Below, one piece after another: positions 41,156 to 49,091 of a stretch of 64,000 bases of DNA. Origin of the DNA: a virus. How positions within the stretch are numbered: position 1 is the first letter of the stretch; the number at the start of each line of letters is the position of its first letter. The DNA is taken from positions 32,001 through 96,000 of the IMG/VR virus record IMGVR_UViG_3300045988_059940; one strand, written 5' to 3'. Made by a program: the position numbers and the translations under genes. The notes below the pieces were generated by a model that did not search any database, had not been told where the DNA came from, and saw only the letters and a list, made by a program, of their open reading frames with translations.

Positions 41156-41428
41156 TTGAAAAAACCTGTAAAAGTTTATAAAGTTCGATTGGTACACGTA
41201 CTCGGCGACAGACTTAGAGCAATAAAAGCGGTTAAAGAAATACTTAATCTCTGCTTAGCAGACGCAAAAGATTATTGCAGAATTGAAGAGTCAAACAAAA
41301 CTGAATCAATAGTTGTATGTACAACAACAAATAAAGAAGAGGCCTTGAAAACATGGTCAAAGTTTAAAGAAGAACTAAAAGACACCAACGTTAAAGTAGA
41401 TTTCAATGAGTACACATCAGAACAATAA
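41156..41428 (+). CDS. ribosomal protein L7/L12 C-terminal-domain-like protein
   Basis: YKVRLVHVLGDRLRAIKAVKEILNLCLADAKDYC...NKEEALKTWSKFKEELKDTNVKVDF aligns by eye with E. coli bL12 [34 protein letters not shown]...[22 protein letters not shown]. The start codon is uncertain: TTG at 41156, with no in-frame ATG upstream. Confidence 0.6.
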   Translation: MKKPVKVYKVRLVHVLGDRLRAIKAVKEILNLCLADAKDYCRIEESNKTESIVVCTTTNKEEALKTWSKFKEELKDTNVKVDFNEYTSEQ

Positions 41429-41822
41429 AAAGACAACTGCTCTCACAGAAGCAATGCTGCCCAAATTACGCAAAACGGTCCACATCGAAGGCGAAAAGAA
41501 GCAAAAATCTTTCGCCAAGCATAGGCGCAAATCCTATGTGTATGATGCTGAAAAAGACAAATACGTCAAGGTCTGGCGTAATCCTCCTAAGAAAGATATG
41601 ACCAAAAAAGAGCTCAAAGAGTTCTACGGTCATGGATTCAAAGTGACATTTACTCCTGTTCGAGAAATAGAACTGAAAAAGTTCAACATCACTCTACGCT
41701 TCAACCGTAGCAATCAATTTATTGATTTTACGGGAGTTGAAGACAAAGAGGATATACAAATGGTTTCATCTGTACTCGGACAACCAGTAGGGAAAGTATT
41801 GCAATTCTTCCAAGACATCTAG
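41406..41822 (+). CDS. basic hypothetical protein
   Basis: 138 aa and K/R-rich. It ends in TAG. Confidence 0.5.
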   Translation: MSTHQNNKKTTALTEAMLPKLRKTVHIEGEKKQKSFAKHRRKSYVYDAEKDKYVKVWRNPPKKDMTKKELKEFYGHGFKVTFTPVREIELKKFNITLRFNRSNQFIDFTGVEDKEDIQMVSSVLGQPVGKVLQFFQDI

Positions 41823-41823
41823 T

Positions 41824-42042
41824 ATGAGGTTTCAAAATCAACTCCATCAACCTAGGAAAAAGACTAAAACGGTCGATAAACTAGGTAATCAGAGAAGGCG
41901 TATGTGGTTTAAGTGTGGTAATTCAACCATGCTCTTTACCGAATGTACACCAGAAGCAGCCAAATGCCTAAACCGCTCATTAAAAGAACTGTTACAGGCA
42001 TACGGCTGCAAGTTAGAAGGAACATTTATTGTAACAAAATGA
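41824..42042 (+). CDS. basic hypothetical protein
   Basis: A 72-aa ORF. Confidence 0.4.
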   Translation: MRFQNQLHQPRKKTKTVDKLGNQRRRMWFKCGNSTMLFTECTPEAAKCLNRSLKELLQAYGCKLEGTFIVTK

Positions 42043-42464
42043 ACGAAAGAGTGACTTTGCTCCAAGCTAAACGATTACGTAGGCTTGGATATAATAAACC
42101 ATGTTCAACGTATCATTGCGCAGCAGGCAACCAAATCAAGGTAGACAAACCTATGAATTGGAATGCCGAAAAACGGCAATTTTGGTACGATAACTCGAAT
42201 GAACATCAATGTACCTCTATTCCTAAATGTGATGATGTTATCAATTGGTTAAGAGAGAAATATAAAATTATAGCAACTACATTTGCTTTTAGAAGTATGT
42301 CACCTGATACAGAAACTATACGATATGAAACGCACGCTTCGTGTCGTGAAAAATCTAAGTGTAAACTTATATTTGCAAGAAAAAGGTTCTATAAAGATAT
42401 TTTCGCTGCTAAACGTGGCATCATCACTAAGTGTTTAACTTACATAGAATCATTATCAAAATGA
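42039..42464 (+). CDS. hypothetical protein
   Basis: The likely start is MNERVTLLQAKRL, overlapping the upstream stop as ATGA. Confidence 0.5.
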   Translation: MNERVTLLQAKRLRRLGYNKPCSTYHCAAGNQIKVDKPMNWNAEKRQFWYDNSNEHQCTSIPKCDDVINWLREKYKIIATTFAFRSMSPDTETIRYETHASCREKSKCKLIFARKRFYKDIFAAKRGIITKCLTYIESLSK

Positions 42465-42823
42465 CAAAAGAACTTAGCCCCAAATGGCTCATCATAGCAT
42501 TTATTACAATGCTACTATTGTTGTTTGCCAAAAATGTATTTGGTCAAACAAAGACAACGGTAAAACCAGATACTGTGTTGTGTAAGAATGAATGTATTGT
42601 AAAATATGTTCAGACTGAAACAAAGTCTGGTAAGGTGAAAACCTACGCTGTTTACAAAGACGAAAAGAATGGTATCGAGGAGTTAATTCCTATATCTCAA
42701 ACCGTTCTAGATTACGTAAAACTATGCGGTCAGAATAACTTGAAACCTACATTAGGTATTAAAGTTAAGAATGGCCAAATAGTATCTCTCATTCGGTACA
42801 AGCCTAAATTTGTTAAAAAATGA
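42461..42823 (+). CDS. secreted/membrane hypothetical protein
   Basis: The N-terminus is signal-like: MTKELSPKWLIIAFITMLLLLFAKNVFGQ. Confidence 0.5.
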   Translation: MTKELSPKWLIIAFITMLLLLFAKNVFGQTKTTVKPDTVLCKNECIVKYVQTETKSGKVKTYAVYKDEKNGIEELIPISQTVLDYVKLCGQNNLKPTLGIKVKNGQIVSLIRYKPKFVKK

Positions 42824-43260
42824 AACAAGGCAATGTTGTACGAAGGATAACAACAAATGGTACGCTGGTTGGCGCTTATTACATGGTTCATAAAGCCAAA
42901 GGTAATGAGTTGCTAGCCAGCTCACCAGCTGGCGATAAACCAGTAGTGTTAAATAAGGATGAATTTGTCAAAATCCCAAAATATATCTTACGTGTAAATA
43001 AAACTACATTTAAGAAAGTATTAAATGGTTTAAGAACAATAGAACGAGAACCGTCTAAAAACTGGGAGAAAGTCTATGATGCAAACGGAGATGGTATAAT
43101 CGCGGTTTACAATGTAGAATTAGACCAATATTTATACTTTGAGTATGGTAACGTAACGAAAGTATTACGTACAAACATACTTGGAGAAAATAGATTTGGT
43201 CAATTGAGACAACTTCAACCATTAATCAGAGTTGAACTAAAAACTAGAATTTGGTTATGA
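42820..43260 (+). CDS. hypothetical protein
   Basis: A 146-aa ORF with ATGA coupling to its neighbour. Confidence 0.5.
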   Translation: MKQGNVVRRITTNGTLVGAYYMVHKAKGNELLASSPAGDKPVVLNKDEFVKIPKYILRVNKTTFKKVLNGLRTIEREPSKNWEKVYDANGDGIIAVYNVELDQYLYFEYGNVTKVLRTNILGENRFGQLRQLQPLIRVELKTRIWL

Positions 43261-43907
43261 TAACATTTGAAAGATTCTTAGAACTTTTTTGTAAAAAGGC
43301 TAGAATTAAATACGTATCGTTAGCAAAAACGCGACAACAAATACGATTGAATTTCACCGAATTATGCCACAAAGATATTATCAACGGAGTATACATCAAG
43401 AAATATAAAGTATATTTTGAACGATTGAATGTATTCTATAATATAGGAAATTGTACAGAAGACTTTCCATCAAAAGATGAATATGTGTGTATTTTCGTTG
43501 AAAATAATCCTGAGATAATTATATCTAAAAAAGCAAAAGCATATTGTGTTAACAGTAGTGTAGGATTGTTCAAAAACGCAAAAGCATGCTGTATACGTTG
43601 TGATATACGTTGTTTTGAAAATTCAAAAGTTATTGCATATAAATGTGATAATATCACAATGCACGCTAATACGAAAGGATTATTTAAATGTTGTAGTGAC
43701 ATAACAGCAGAATGTAATGCAACAATTAAACTTCTTGGTCATTGTATGGCGTATGCCACTGGTGATGCGGTTATCACTGCGAGTGAGATGTGTTATGTAG
43801 CTGCAACAGATAATGTGAAAATAACTGCAAAACAATACACTTATGCTCTTATTTATAAAAATGTAACAATTGAAGCAGATGAAACATGTTCAGTTAGAAG
43901 ATTATGA
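43251..43907 (+). CDS. Cys-rich repeat hypothetical protein
   Basis: 218 aa with repeated C..A/N..K..C-type segments. Confidence 0.5.
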   Translation: MVMITFERFLELFCKKARIKYVSLAKTRQQIRLNFTELCHKDIINGVYIKKYKVYFERLNVFYNIGNCTEDFPSKDEYVCIFVENNPEIIISKKAKAYCVNSSVGLFKNAKACCIRCDIRCFENSKVIAYKCDNITMHANTKGLFKCCSDITAECNATIKLLGHCMAYATGDAVITASEMCYVAATDNVKITAKQYTYALIYKNVTIEADETCSVRRL

Positions 43908-44092
43908 AAACTCCAAAACCAGGTCAATTTGCTAATATTAACGGTGTAATTGTACGTGCTGTTGTGCGTAAATCTGGATGTAAAGGATGTATGTTTGACA
44001 ACCTGTTCGGCTGTCCTCGAATGAAAGACGAGCGTAGCAAAGAGTCACGTATTGACTGTGAGTTAGCAGGAATTATATTCAAAAAGATATGA
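43904..44092 (+). CDS. small Cys-containing hypothetical protein
   Basis: 62 aa with ATGA coupling to its neighbour. Confidence 0.45.
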   Translation: MKTPKPGQFANINGVIVRAVVRKSGCKGCMFDNLFGCPRMKDERSKESRIDCELAGIIFKKI

Positions 44093-44448
44093 ATACATTA
44101 CAAAAAGCACTGAAACGAAGGTTAGACTGTTTTCTTATCGGTCTATGTGGAGAAGAAGACTTGAAAGACAAATATAACATGGCTTATATTATTCTTCGCG
44201 GCAAACTGACACCTAGATTTTTGTACATACACGAAAAAGAGTTATATGAACTCGGATATTCCTTAGACAAAGTGGTCGAAGGTAAAGTATGTATAATTAC
44301 AAAAAGTGGTACAGAATATAAAAACTGTGAATGTATTTGTTATACAAAATACAATTGCAGCGTAGAAAATGGGAATATAGTCATAATAAGTGGCAAAGTA
44401 CATTGTATCACGAGAGCTTTATTCGTACAAAAGAGAACAACAAACTGA
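44089..44448 (+). CDS. hypothetical protein
   Basis: A 119-aa ORF. Confidence 0.5.
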   Translation: MNTLQKALKRRLDCFLIGLCGEEDLKDKYNMAYIILRGKLTPRFLYIHEKELYELGYSLDKVVEGKVCIITKSGTEYKNCECICYTKYNCSVENGNIVIISGKVHCITRALFVQKRTTN

Positions 44449-44485
44449 ATGTCAAATTGTATGACAAATCACAAATGATGTATAT

Positions 44486-44719
44486 ATGAAAAAATTATTT
44501 GGCAAAGGCCTAACATTCTTATACGGAAATATACTGCTGGTAATGGCTGTAATTCCGTTGGTAGAGTTAATTACAAAACCGCAACTTATGACGGGATTTA
44601 GTACATTGGCTCTAAGTTTAAACTTGATAATATTAATAATATTAATGTTGTCAGGCTGTGTAATAGTTTATTTTGGTTGGTACCGCATAGTGGAAGAAGA
44701 CCAGACTGAAAAAGACTAA
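44486..44719 (+). CDS. small two-TM membrane protein
   Basis: The hydrophobic segments are LLVMAVIPLVELI and LIILIILMLSGCVIVYFGW. Confidence 0.5.
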   Translation: MKKLFGKGLTFLYGNILLVMAVIPLVELITKPQLMTGFSTLALSLNLIILIILMLSGCVIVYFGWYRIVEEDQTEKD

Positions 44720-44935
44720 AAATCAAGAGGGGTGGAATCAATCCATCCCTCTACAAAAGACTTTTAATGTGGCCAAAGACAGTTGCAAGCCTGTAAACAC
44801 AGAGCAAAAAGTCCATTTTACTTATTTAATTCAATTTTAAATGTTTAACGTTATTATCTTTAATAAGCAAACAGAATGCCAGTATTAGCGAATACTTTTG
44901 AAGTATAGTGCTTGTGAAAGTATTATACTTTTTAT

Positions 44936-45022
44936 GCCTCCATGTTGTAACTAGGTAGCCAAGGTAGACTTAAAATCTACTGAACAGTAATGTTCGTATG
45001 GGTTCGAATCCCATTGGAGGTA
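44936..45022 (+). tRNA. tRNA-Leu (UAA), class II
   Basis: The anticodon stem GUAGA/UCUAC closes the loop CUUAAAA. A long variable arm is present. The T arm is AUGGG-UUCGAAU-CCCAU and the acceptor is GCCUCCA/UGGAGGU. Confidence 0.8.
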
Positions 45023-45095
45023 CTACGGTTTTTCCAAGTTTCCATAAAACTGGATATTAAATATTTAATAAAAACTTTCAAAAATTATCAAAATT

Positions 45096-45527
45096 ATGAA
45101 ACATTTATTTAGTGCAGTAATAGCATTTATTTTAATCGTTGCTGCATTGTGTGGAATTATGAGCCTGACTTCTTGTCGAGGTGAATCGCCACAAGAAAAA
45201 CAAAAAGAGTTTGCAAAACAGTATGAACTGTATGCAAACCCAGAGTTCTCTTCTTTTGAAGAAGCACTCGACTATCAAGCTGCTGACATTAAGCAGTTTA
45301 GAGAGGACTCTGTATTTCGATGTATACCCGAAGAGTCATTGGAAAAAGTTATCATCGTATTACAGAACACTGGTGCCAAACTGTCAAAAAGTACAATTGC
45401 CGAACAATACTTAGAAGGCAAGAAGATATTTGACAACCTCGAACCGAAGATAGAACACAAACAAGTCCAAGAGGAGATTGACAGTATCGCATCGTTACAA
45501 CTAACAACAACTTCAAAAGATGAATAG
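45096..45527 (+). CDS. putative lipoprotein
   Basis: The signal peptide ends in the lipobox-like LTSC. The gene ends in TAG and overlaps the ATG of the next gene. Confidence 0.55.
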   Translation: MKHLFSAVIAFILIVAALCGIMSLTSCRGESPQEKQKEFAKQYELYANPEFSSFEEALDYQAADIKQFREDSVFRCIPEESLEKVIIVLQNTGAKLSKSTIAEQYLEGKKIFDNLEPKIEHKQVQEEIDSIASLQLTTTSKDE

Positions 45528-45969
45528 GGCGCTCGTTGTGCGCTATTATGGCGCAGAATTGAACGAGGAACAAATTGCAAAGATTGCAGTTATTGTTTCT
45601 CAAATGGTCAAAGAAGAAGACAAAAACAAGATTTCTATTGCAGTGTTCGATGCAAACAACATCGACAATGCAATACTTAACTTTACGCCAATTGTTCAAA
45701 GGAAAGACGAAATCGTAGAACTAGTCAATCTCATGAAAACAAGACTGGGCTATACGGATTCGAAGCCAGCAATTACGTATGTTTTTGCTATTCTGGACAA
45801 AGTAAAGAGTGATAATGACTTTTTACACGACTTTATGCAAGTACATAGTGTATTGTCAAAAATAGACGAAACACAATTTGCCAACATTGCTAAAAAATGC
45901 AATGTAAAGAAACATTTCATTGAAACAATGTACAGCATAGGCAACCGAATCTTCTTCAATGTGTGCTAA
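45520..45969 (+). CDS. hypothetical protein
   Basis: A 149-aa ORF. Confidence 0.5.
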   Translation: MNRALVVRYYGAELNEEQIAKIAVIVSQMVKEEDKNKISIAVFDANNIDNAILNFTPIVQRKDEIVELVNLMKTRLGYTDSKPAITYVFAILDKVKSDNDFLHDFMQVHSVLSKIDETQFANIAKKCNVKKHFIETMYSIGNRIFFNVC

Positions 45970-46102
45970 AAAGTATGACGACCAACACAAGGTAGTCAAA
46001 AACGGAAAACAAGAACGCGCTAAACACGTAAATGCCATCCCGTATAAGCGCGAAAAATACAAATATGATGGCGATAGTAAGAATTTTTAAATCATTATCA
46101 AA

Positions 46103-46576
46103 ATGGCAAAAGAACAAAAGAAAGTAGAACAACCTGTTACTTTGAGCATGGAAAACGTAGTAGACAATATCCGAAAGGATAACACTCTACAACGTAAGAA
46201 CATTGATGCAGCAATCGAAAAGATTGCTCAGCAAAAAGACGAGAAGCAGCAGAAAGAAGCTATGGACGCAATGTTGCGTGCTGACTTCAATGTTAAGAAG
46301 TCGTTGTTGCAGCTACGTGCTCGTCGTGGTGAAGAGAAAGCCACGAAAGAAGCTCTCGTGAGGAACGCTGCTTTCCTTAACAGACTTACTGGTCGTGACG
46401 GAGAAGGCAAAGAACTTCCTGCCGACCAAGTTATTACTCCCAACGAGTATGGTCAACTTCTTGAAGAGTCTAACAGAAAGACCAAAGAAGACATTAGGAA
46501 GGTAAACGAAGAGCTCGAAAAGCACACACGCGAATTGCGTGACTCTTTCGAGGGTCAATATTGCTATTGGTGGTAA
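46103..46576 (+). CDS. charged coiled-coil hypothetical protein
   Basis: 157 aa and GC-richer. It is preceded by the ATTATCAAA motif. Confidence 0.55.
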   Translation: MAKEQKKVEQPVTLSMENVVDNIRKDNTLQRKNIDAAIEKIAQQKDEKQQKEAMDAMLRADFNVKKSLLQLRARRGEEKATKEALVRNAAFLNRLTGRDGEGKELPADQVITPNEYGQLLEESNRKTKEDIRKVNEELEKHTRELRDSFEGQYCYWW

Positions 46577-47018
46577 CACCTGGTGATGTACAAAAATCAG
46601 TATTCAAAATCGAGAGTCTTAGAACCAGTGATTAGCAGAGGAGGAAGGGAATTAGTTTAACGTTGGACGGATGTTAGTGTATAGAACACCTCGTCTGGTG
46701 AATTAACACCAGCTACAAGAGCCTTTGAGCCAGTAGGAATACGAACTTCTGAAAATACGGAAGTAAAACTATATTAGTATCAAAAATACGTTGCATCTGA
46801 GCCAGAGAGCCGAACAAAAAGGTTTAGAGAAACATAATGATGTTCGTGCAATATATCAAGAGATACGCGTGTCGTAACAAGAACCATTGAGTCAGTTTAC
46901 ATAAACACGTATATTTACCTGTTTAATTGCGTTCTAAGCAATCATAACGTATTGGATGGATTAGCTACCCAGAAGGTATAATATATGCGCTTAAAACAAA
47001 AAAGAATAGGGTCTTTTT

Positions 47019-47050
47019 AGTACGTAGAGAAGGCCTATCTACGTACTTTT
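47019..47050 (+). terminator. terminator-like hairpin abutting tRNA-Arg
   Basis: AGTACGTAGA-9 nt-TCTACGTACT followed by TTT. Confidence 0.55.
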
Positions 47051-47123
47051 GCACCAGTAGTTCAATGGATAGAGCAGGAGTTTTCTAAACTCTTAGTTGT
47101 GGGTTCGAGTCCTACCTGGTGTA
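47051..47123 (+). tRNA. tRNA-Arg (UCU)
   Basis: The acceptor is GCACCAG/CUGGUGU and the D arm is GUUC/GAGC. The anticodon stem GGAGU/ACUCU closes the loop UUUCUAA. The T arm is GUGGG-UUCGAGU-CCUAC. Confidence 0.8.
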
Positions 47124-47139
47124 CTAAAACGTAATCAAT

Positions 47140-47583
47140 ATGAAAACAAAAGGCTATAAAGGAATGCTACGAGATAGACTTCCTCAAACAATAGACATTG
47201 CTCTAAAATGGTGTAAAGCCAAAGAGAAATGGATAGACCATACTTATCATAATTTTGTACAATTCTTGTCTGATAAAGAAGATAGAGATGAAGCTACTAG
47301 AATTATTTTAGGTATAAGTAAAAAATATAGAGAATTTGATTTCCACAAAAGCGTTATGTGGGACAATTTGTCAGAAGAGGAAACTCTTTATTGGCAAAAT
47401 GTAGAAACTTGGGTCAATTGGTTTAGAGTAAAGTATATTTACATCCAAAATGAATATAACAATTCGTTATCATTAGGATTGAATGTCTATACAATAAAAC
47501 AAAAGATTAAAAAGAACTTCTTATCAAGTCTCAATGAAGAATGGCAAGAGAAACTCTGTAATTATTTAATCAGTACATTATGA
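47140..47583 (+). CDS. hypothetical protein
   Basis: A 147-aa ORF. Confidence 0.5.
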   Translation: MKTKGYKGMLRDRLPQTIDIALKWCKAKEKWIDHTYHNFVQFLSDKEDRDEATRIILGISKKYREFDFHKSVMWDNLSEEETLYWQNVETWVNWFRVKYIYIQNEYNNSLSLGLNVYTIKQKIKKNFLSSLNEEWQEKLCNYLISTL

Positions 47584-47963
47584 TACAATATTGGAATATT
47601 TCAGGTATGATAAACAACCAATGGTGGTATATAGCACCAGGTCAATACAATGAATTATCCTTTGTACAACATGTAAGTCGTAACATGTTAACGATTAACT
47701 TATCACAAAATCTCAATTGGACAACTCCAAAAGAGTTACTCGATAGGCAAGTTGCAGAATGTATTGATTGGATGTTTCATAATATATTTCTACAAATAGA
47801 AACACTCAACTATAATAGTTTAGGTGTTCTAATACGAATATTCACAGGTATGCTTATGAAATGTAGTATAGATATAATATTCTTACAACAATTACATGGA
47901 GCAATAGCTAGTTCGTTGTGGAAATTATATTGGGAAAACAGAGTGAAAGACCTACCATTCTAA
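47580..47963 (+). CDS. hypothetical protein
   Basis: 127 aa with ATGA coupling to its neighbour. Confidence 0.5.
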   Translation: MIQYWNISGMINNQWWYIAPGQYNELSFVQHVSRNMLTINLSQNLNWTTPKELLDRQVAECIDWMFHNIFLQIETLNYNSLGVLIRIFTGMLMKCSIDIIFLQQLHGAIASSLWKLYWENRVKDLPF

Positions 47964-48050
47964 GGTATAAATTATTCGTTTAGCTTATATCTACTAAAAG
48001 CGGTTATCGTGTCCGTAATGCCAGTGACAGGCTAATAAACGATTTTGATT

Positions 48051-48608
48051 ATGAAAAATCCTAGAATCACAGAATCAGAGATTTTGCTAATCAGAGAAGC
48101 TCAACAGGGTAGTCAACTTGCTTTTAGTAAGTTGTTTGAGAAATATAAAGGCTTTGTAGAAAGCATTTTATTTTCTTACATTAAGGATATGGATGAAGCG
48201 AAAGATATTGCTAACATCGTATTCCTTAAAGTCTACCACAAACTTTCAAAATTCACAGATTATTCTTCTTTTGGAGGATGGCTGAGAATTTTAACAAACC
48301 GTACAGCAATAGATTATCTACGTAGTATCCGATTGAAACAACGTGCCGAAGTTGAAACAGACCGACTAACTGCTTCAACTCAAATCTCTTCAAGTGAAGA
48401 CGAACTAGTCAATCGTTTGGCATATAAAAAGATATTAGAGGAATTTGAAAAGTTCCCCGTGCATATGAAACGTATATTGGAATTATATTATGTAGAAAAT
48501 TTAACAGTTGTACAAATTAGTGAAGCTCTGTGTGTTCCTACTGGAACTATTAAGTCGATTTTATCAAGAACGCGCAAGCAAATTCAAAGTTCAATTAATA
48601 AAATTTAA
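48051..48608 (+). CDS. ECF-type sigma-70 family RNA polymerase sigma factor
   Basis: The region 2-like segment is FSKLFEKYKGFVESILFSYIKDMDEAKDIANIVFLKVYHKL...FGGWLRILTNRTAIDYLR. The region 4-like HTH segment is LELYYVENLTVVQISEALCVPTGTIKSILSRTRKQI. Confidence 0.8.
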   Translation: MKNPRITESEILLIREAQQGSQLAFSKLFEKYKGFVESILFSYIKDMDEAKDIANIVFLKVYHKLSKFTDYSSFGGWLRILTNRTAIDYLRSIRLKQRAEVETDRLTASTQISSSEDELVNRLAYKKILEEFEKFPVHMKRILELYYVENLTVVQISEALCVPTGTIKSILSRTRKQIQSSINKI

Positions 48609-48611
48609 CAA

Positions 48612-49010
48612 ATGACTTTATTTTTGTTTATCCTAGGGTTGTTTGCAATCTTTTGTATCGGAAGATATAATGAGAGCAACAAACTATTCTGGACTCTTCT
48701 AATTGCTTTCGTTGGCGGTTTTACCGCTGCTCGTATCGCAATAGAGTCTATGGGGACAAACAAGGCTAAGGTATGCAAACTTGAAACAAAGTCCACACAG
48801 GTATCAGAAGGGTTGTCGAAACTAACGTTTCTAGTGACAGACAACCTTGATGATGCAATCGAGGCAACTCAAAACCCTGTGGGTCAGACATCCTGTGTTG
48901 AATTATTTGCATACTACAATAAGTCCTTGCCCGAAGTATTAAATCAGTCTAAACTTTTAAGACCACCAATACTTAATTTACCAACATCTAACTACGATGA
49001 TACATCATGA
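48612..49010 (+). CDS. two-TM membrane protein immediately downstream of the sigma factor (possible anti-sigma partner)
   Basis: It follows the sigma gene after a 3-nt gap. The TM segments are LFLFILGLFAIFCIG and FWTLLIAFVGGFTAARIAI. The partner role is inferred from position only. Confidence 0.35.
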   Translation: MTLFLFILGLFAIFCIGRYNESNKLFWTLLIAFVGGFTAARIAIESMGTNKAKVCKLETKSTQVSEGLSKLTFLVTDNLDDAIEATQNPVGQTSCVELFAYYNKSLPEVLNQSKLLRPPILNLPTSNYDDTS

Positions 49011-49091
49011 CTAACATGATTATCATCTGAGTGTTATAAATAAAGTATTAATTTAAAAAGTAGTGTTTAACAATTTAAAATCATTATCAAA

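Noticed and set aside
45525-45527. Read-through of the TAG ending the lipoprotein gene 45096-45527.
   Set aside because: Read-through would add about 60 Cys/Arg-rich codons overlapping the well-formed gene 45520-45969 in another frame. TAG is more likely a genuine stop here, at least early in infection.
47051-47123. A second amber suppressor, because the string CTA occurs in the anticodon loop region (TTTTCTAAA).
   Set aside because: The only register giving a 5-bp anticodon stem (GGAGU/ACUCU) with U33 and a purine at position 37 places UCU at positions 34-36, which is tRNA-Arg. The CUA register breaks the stem.
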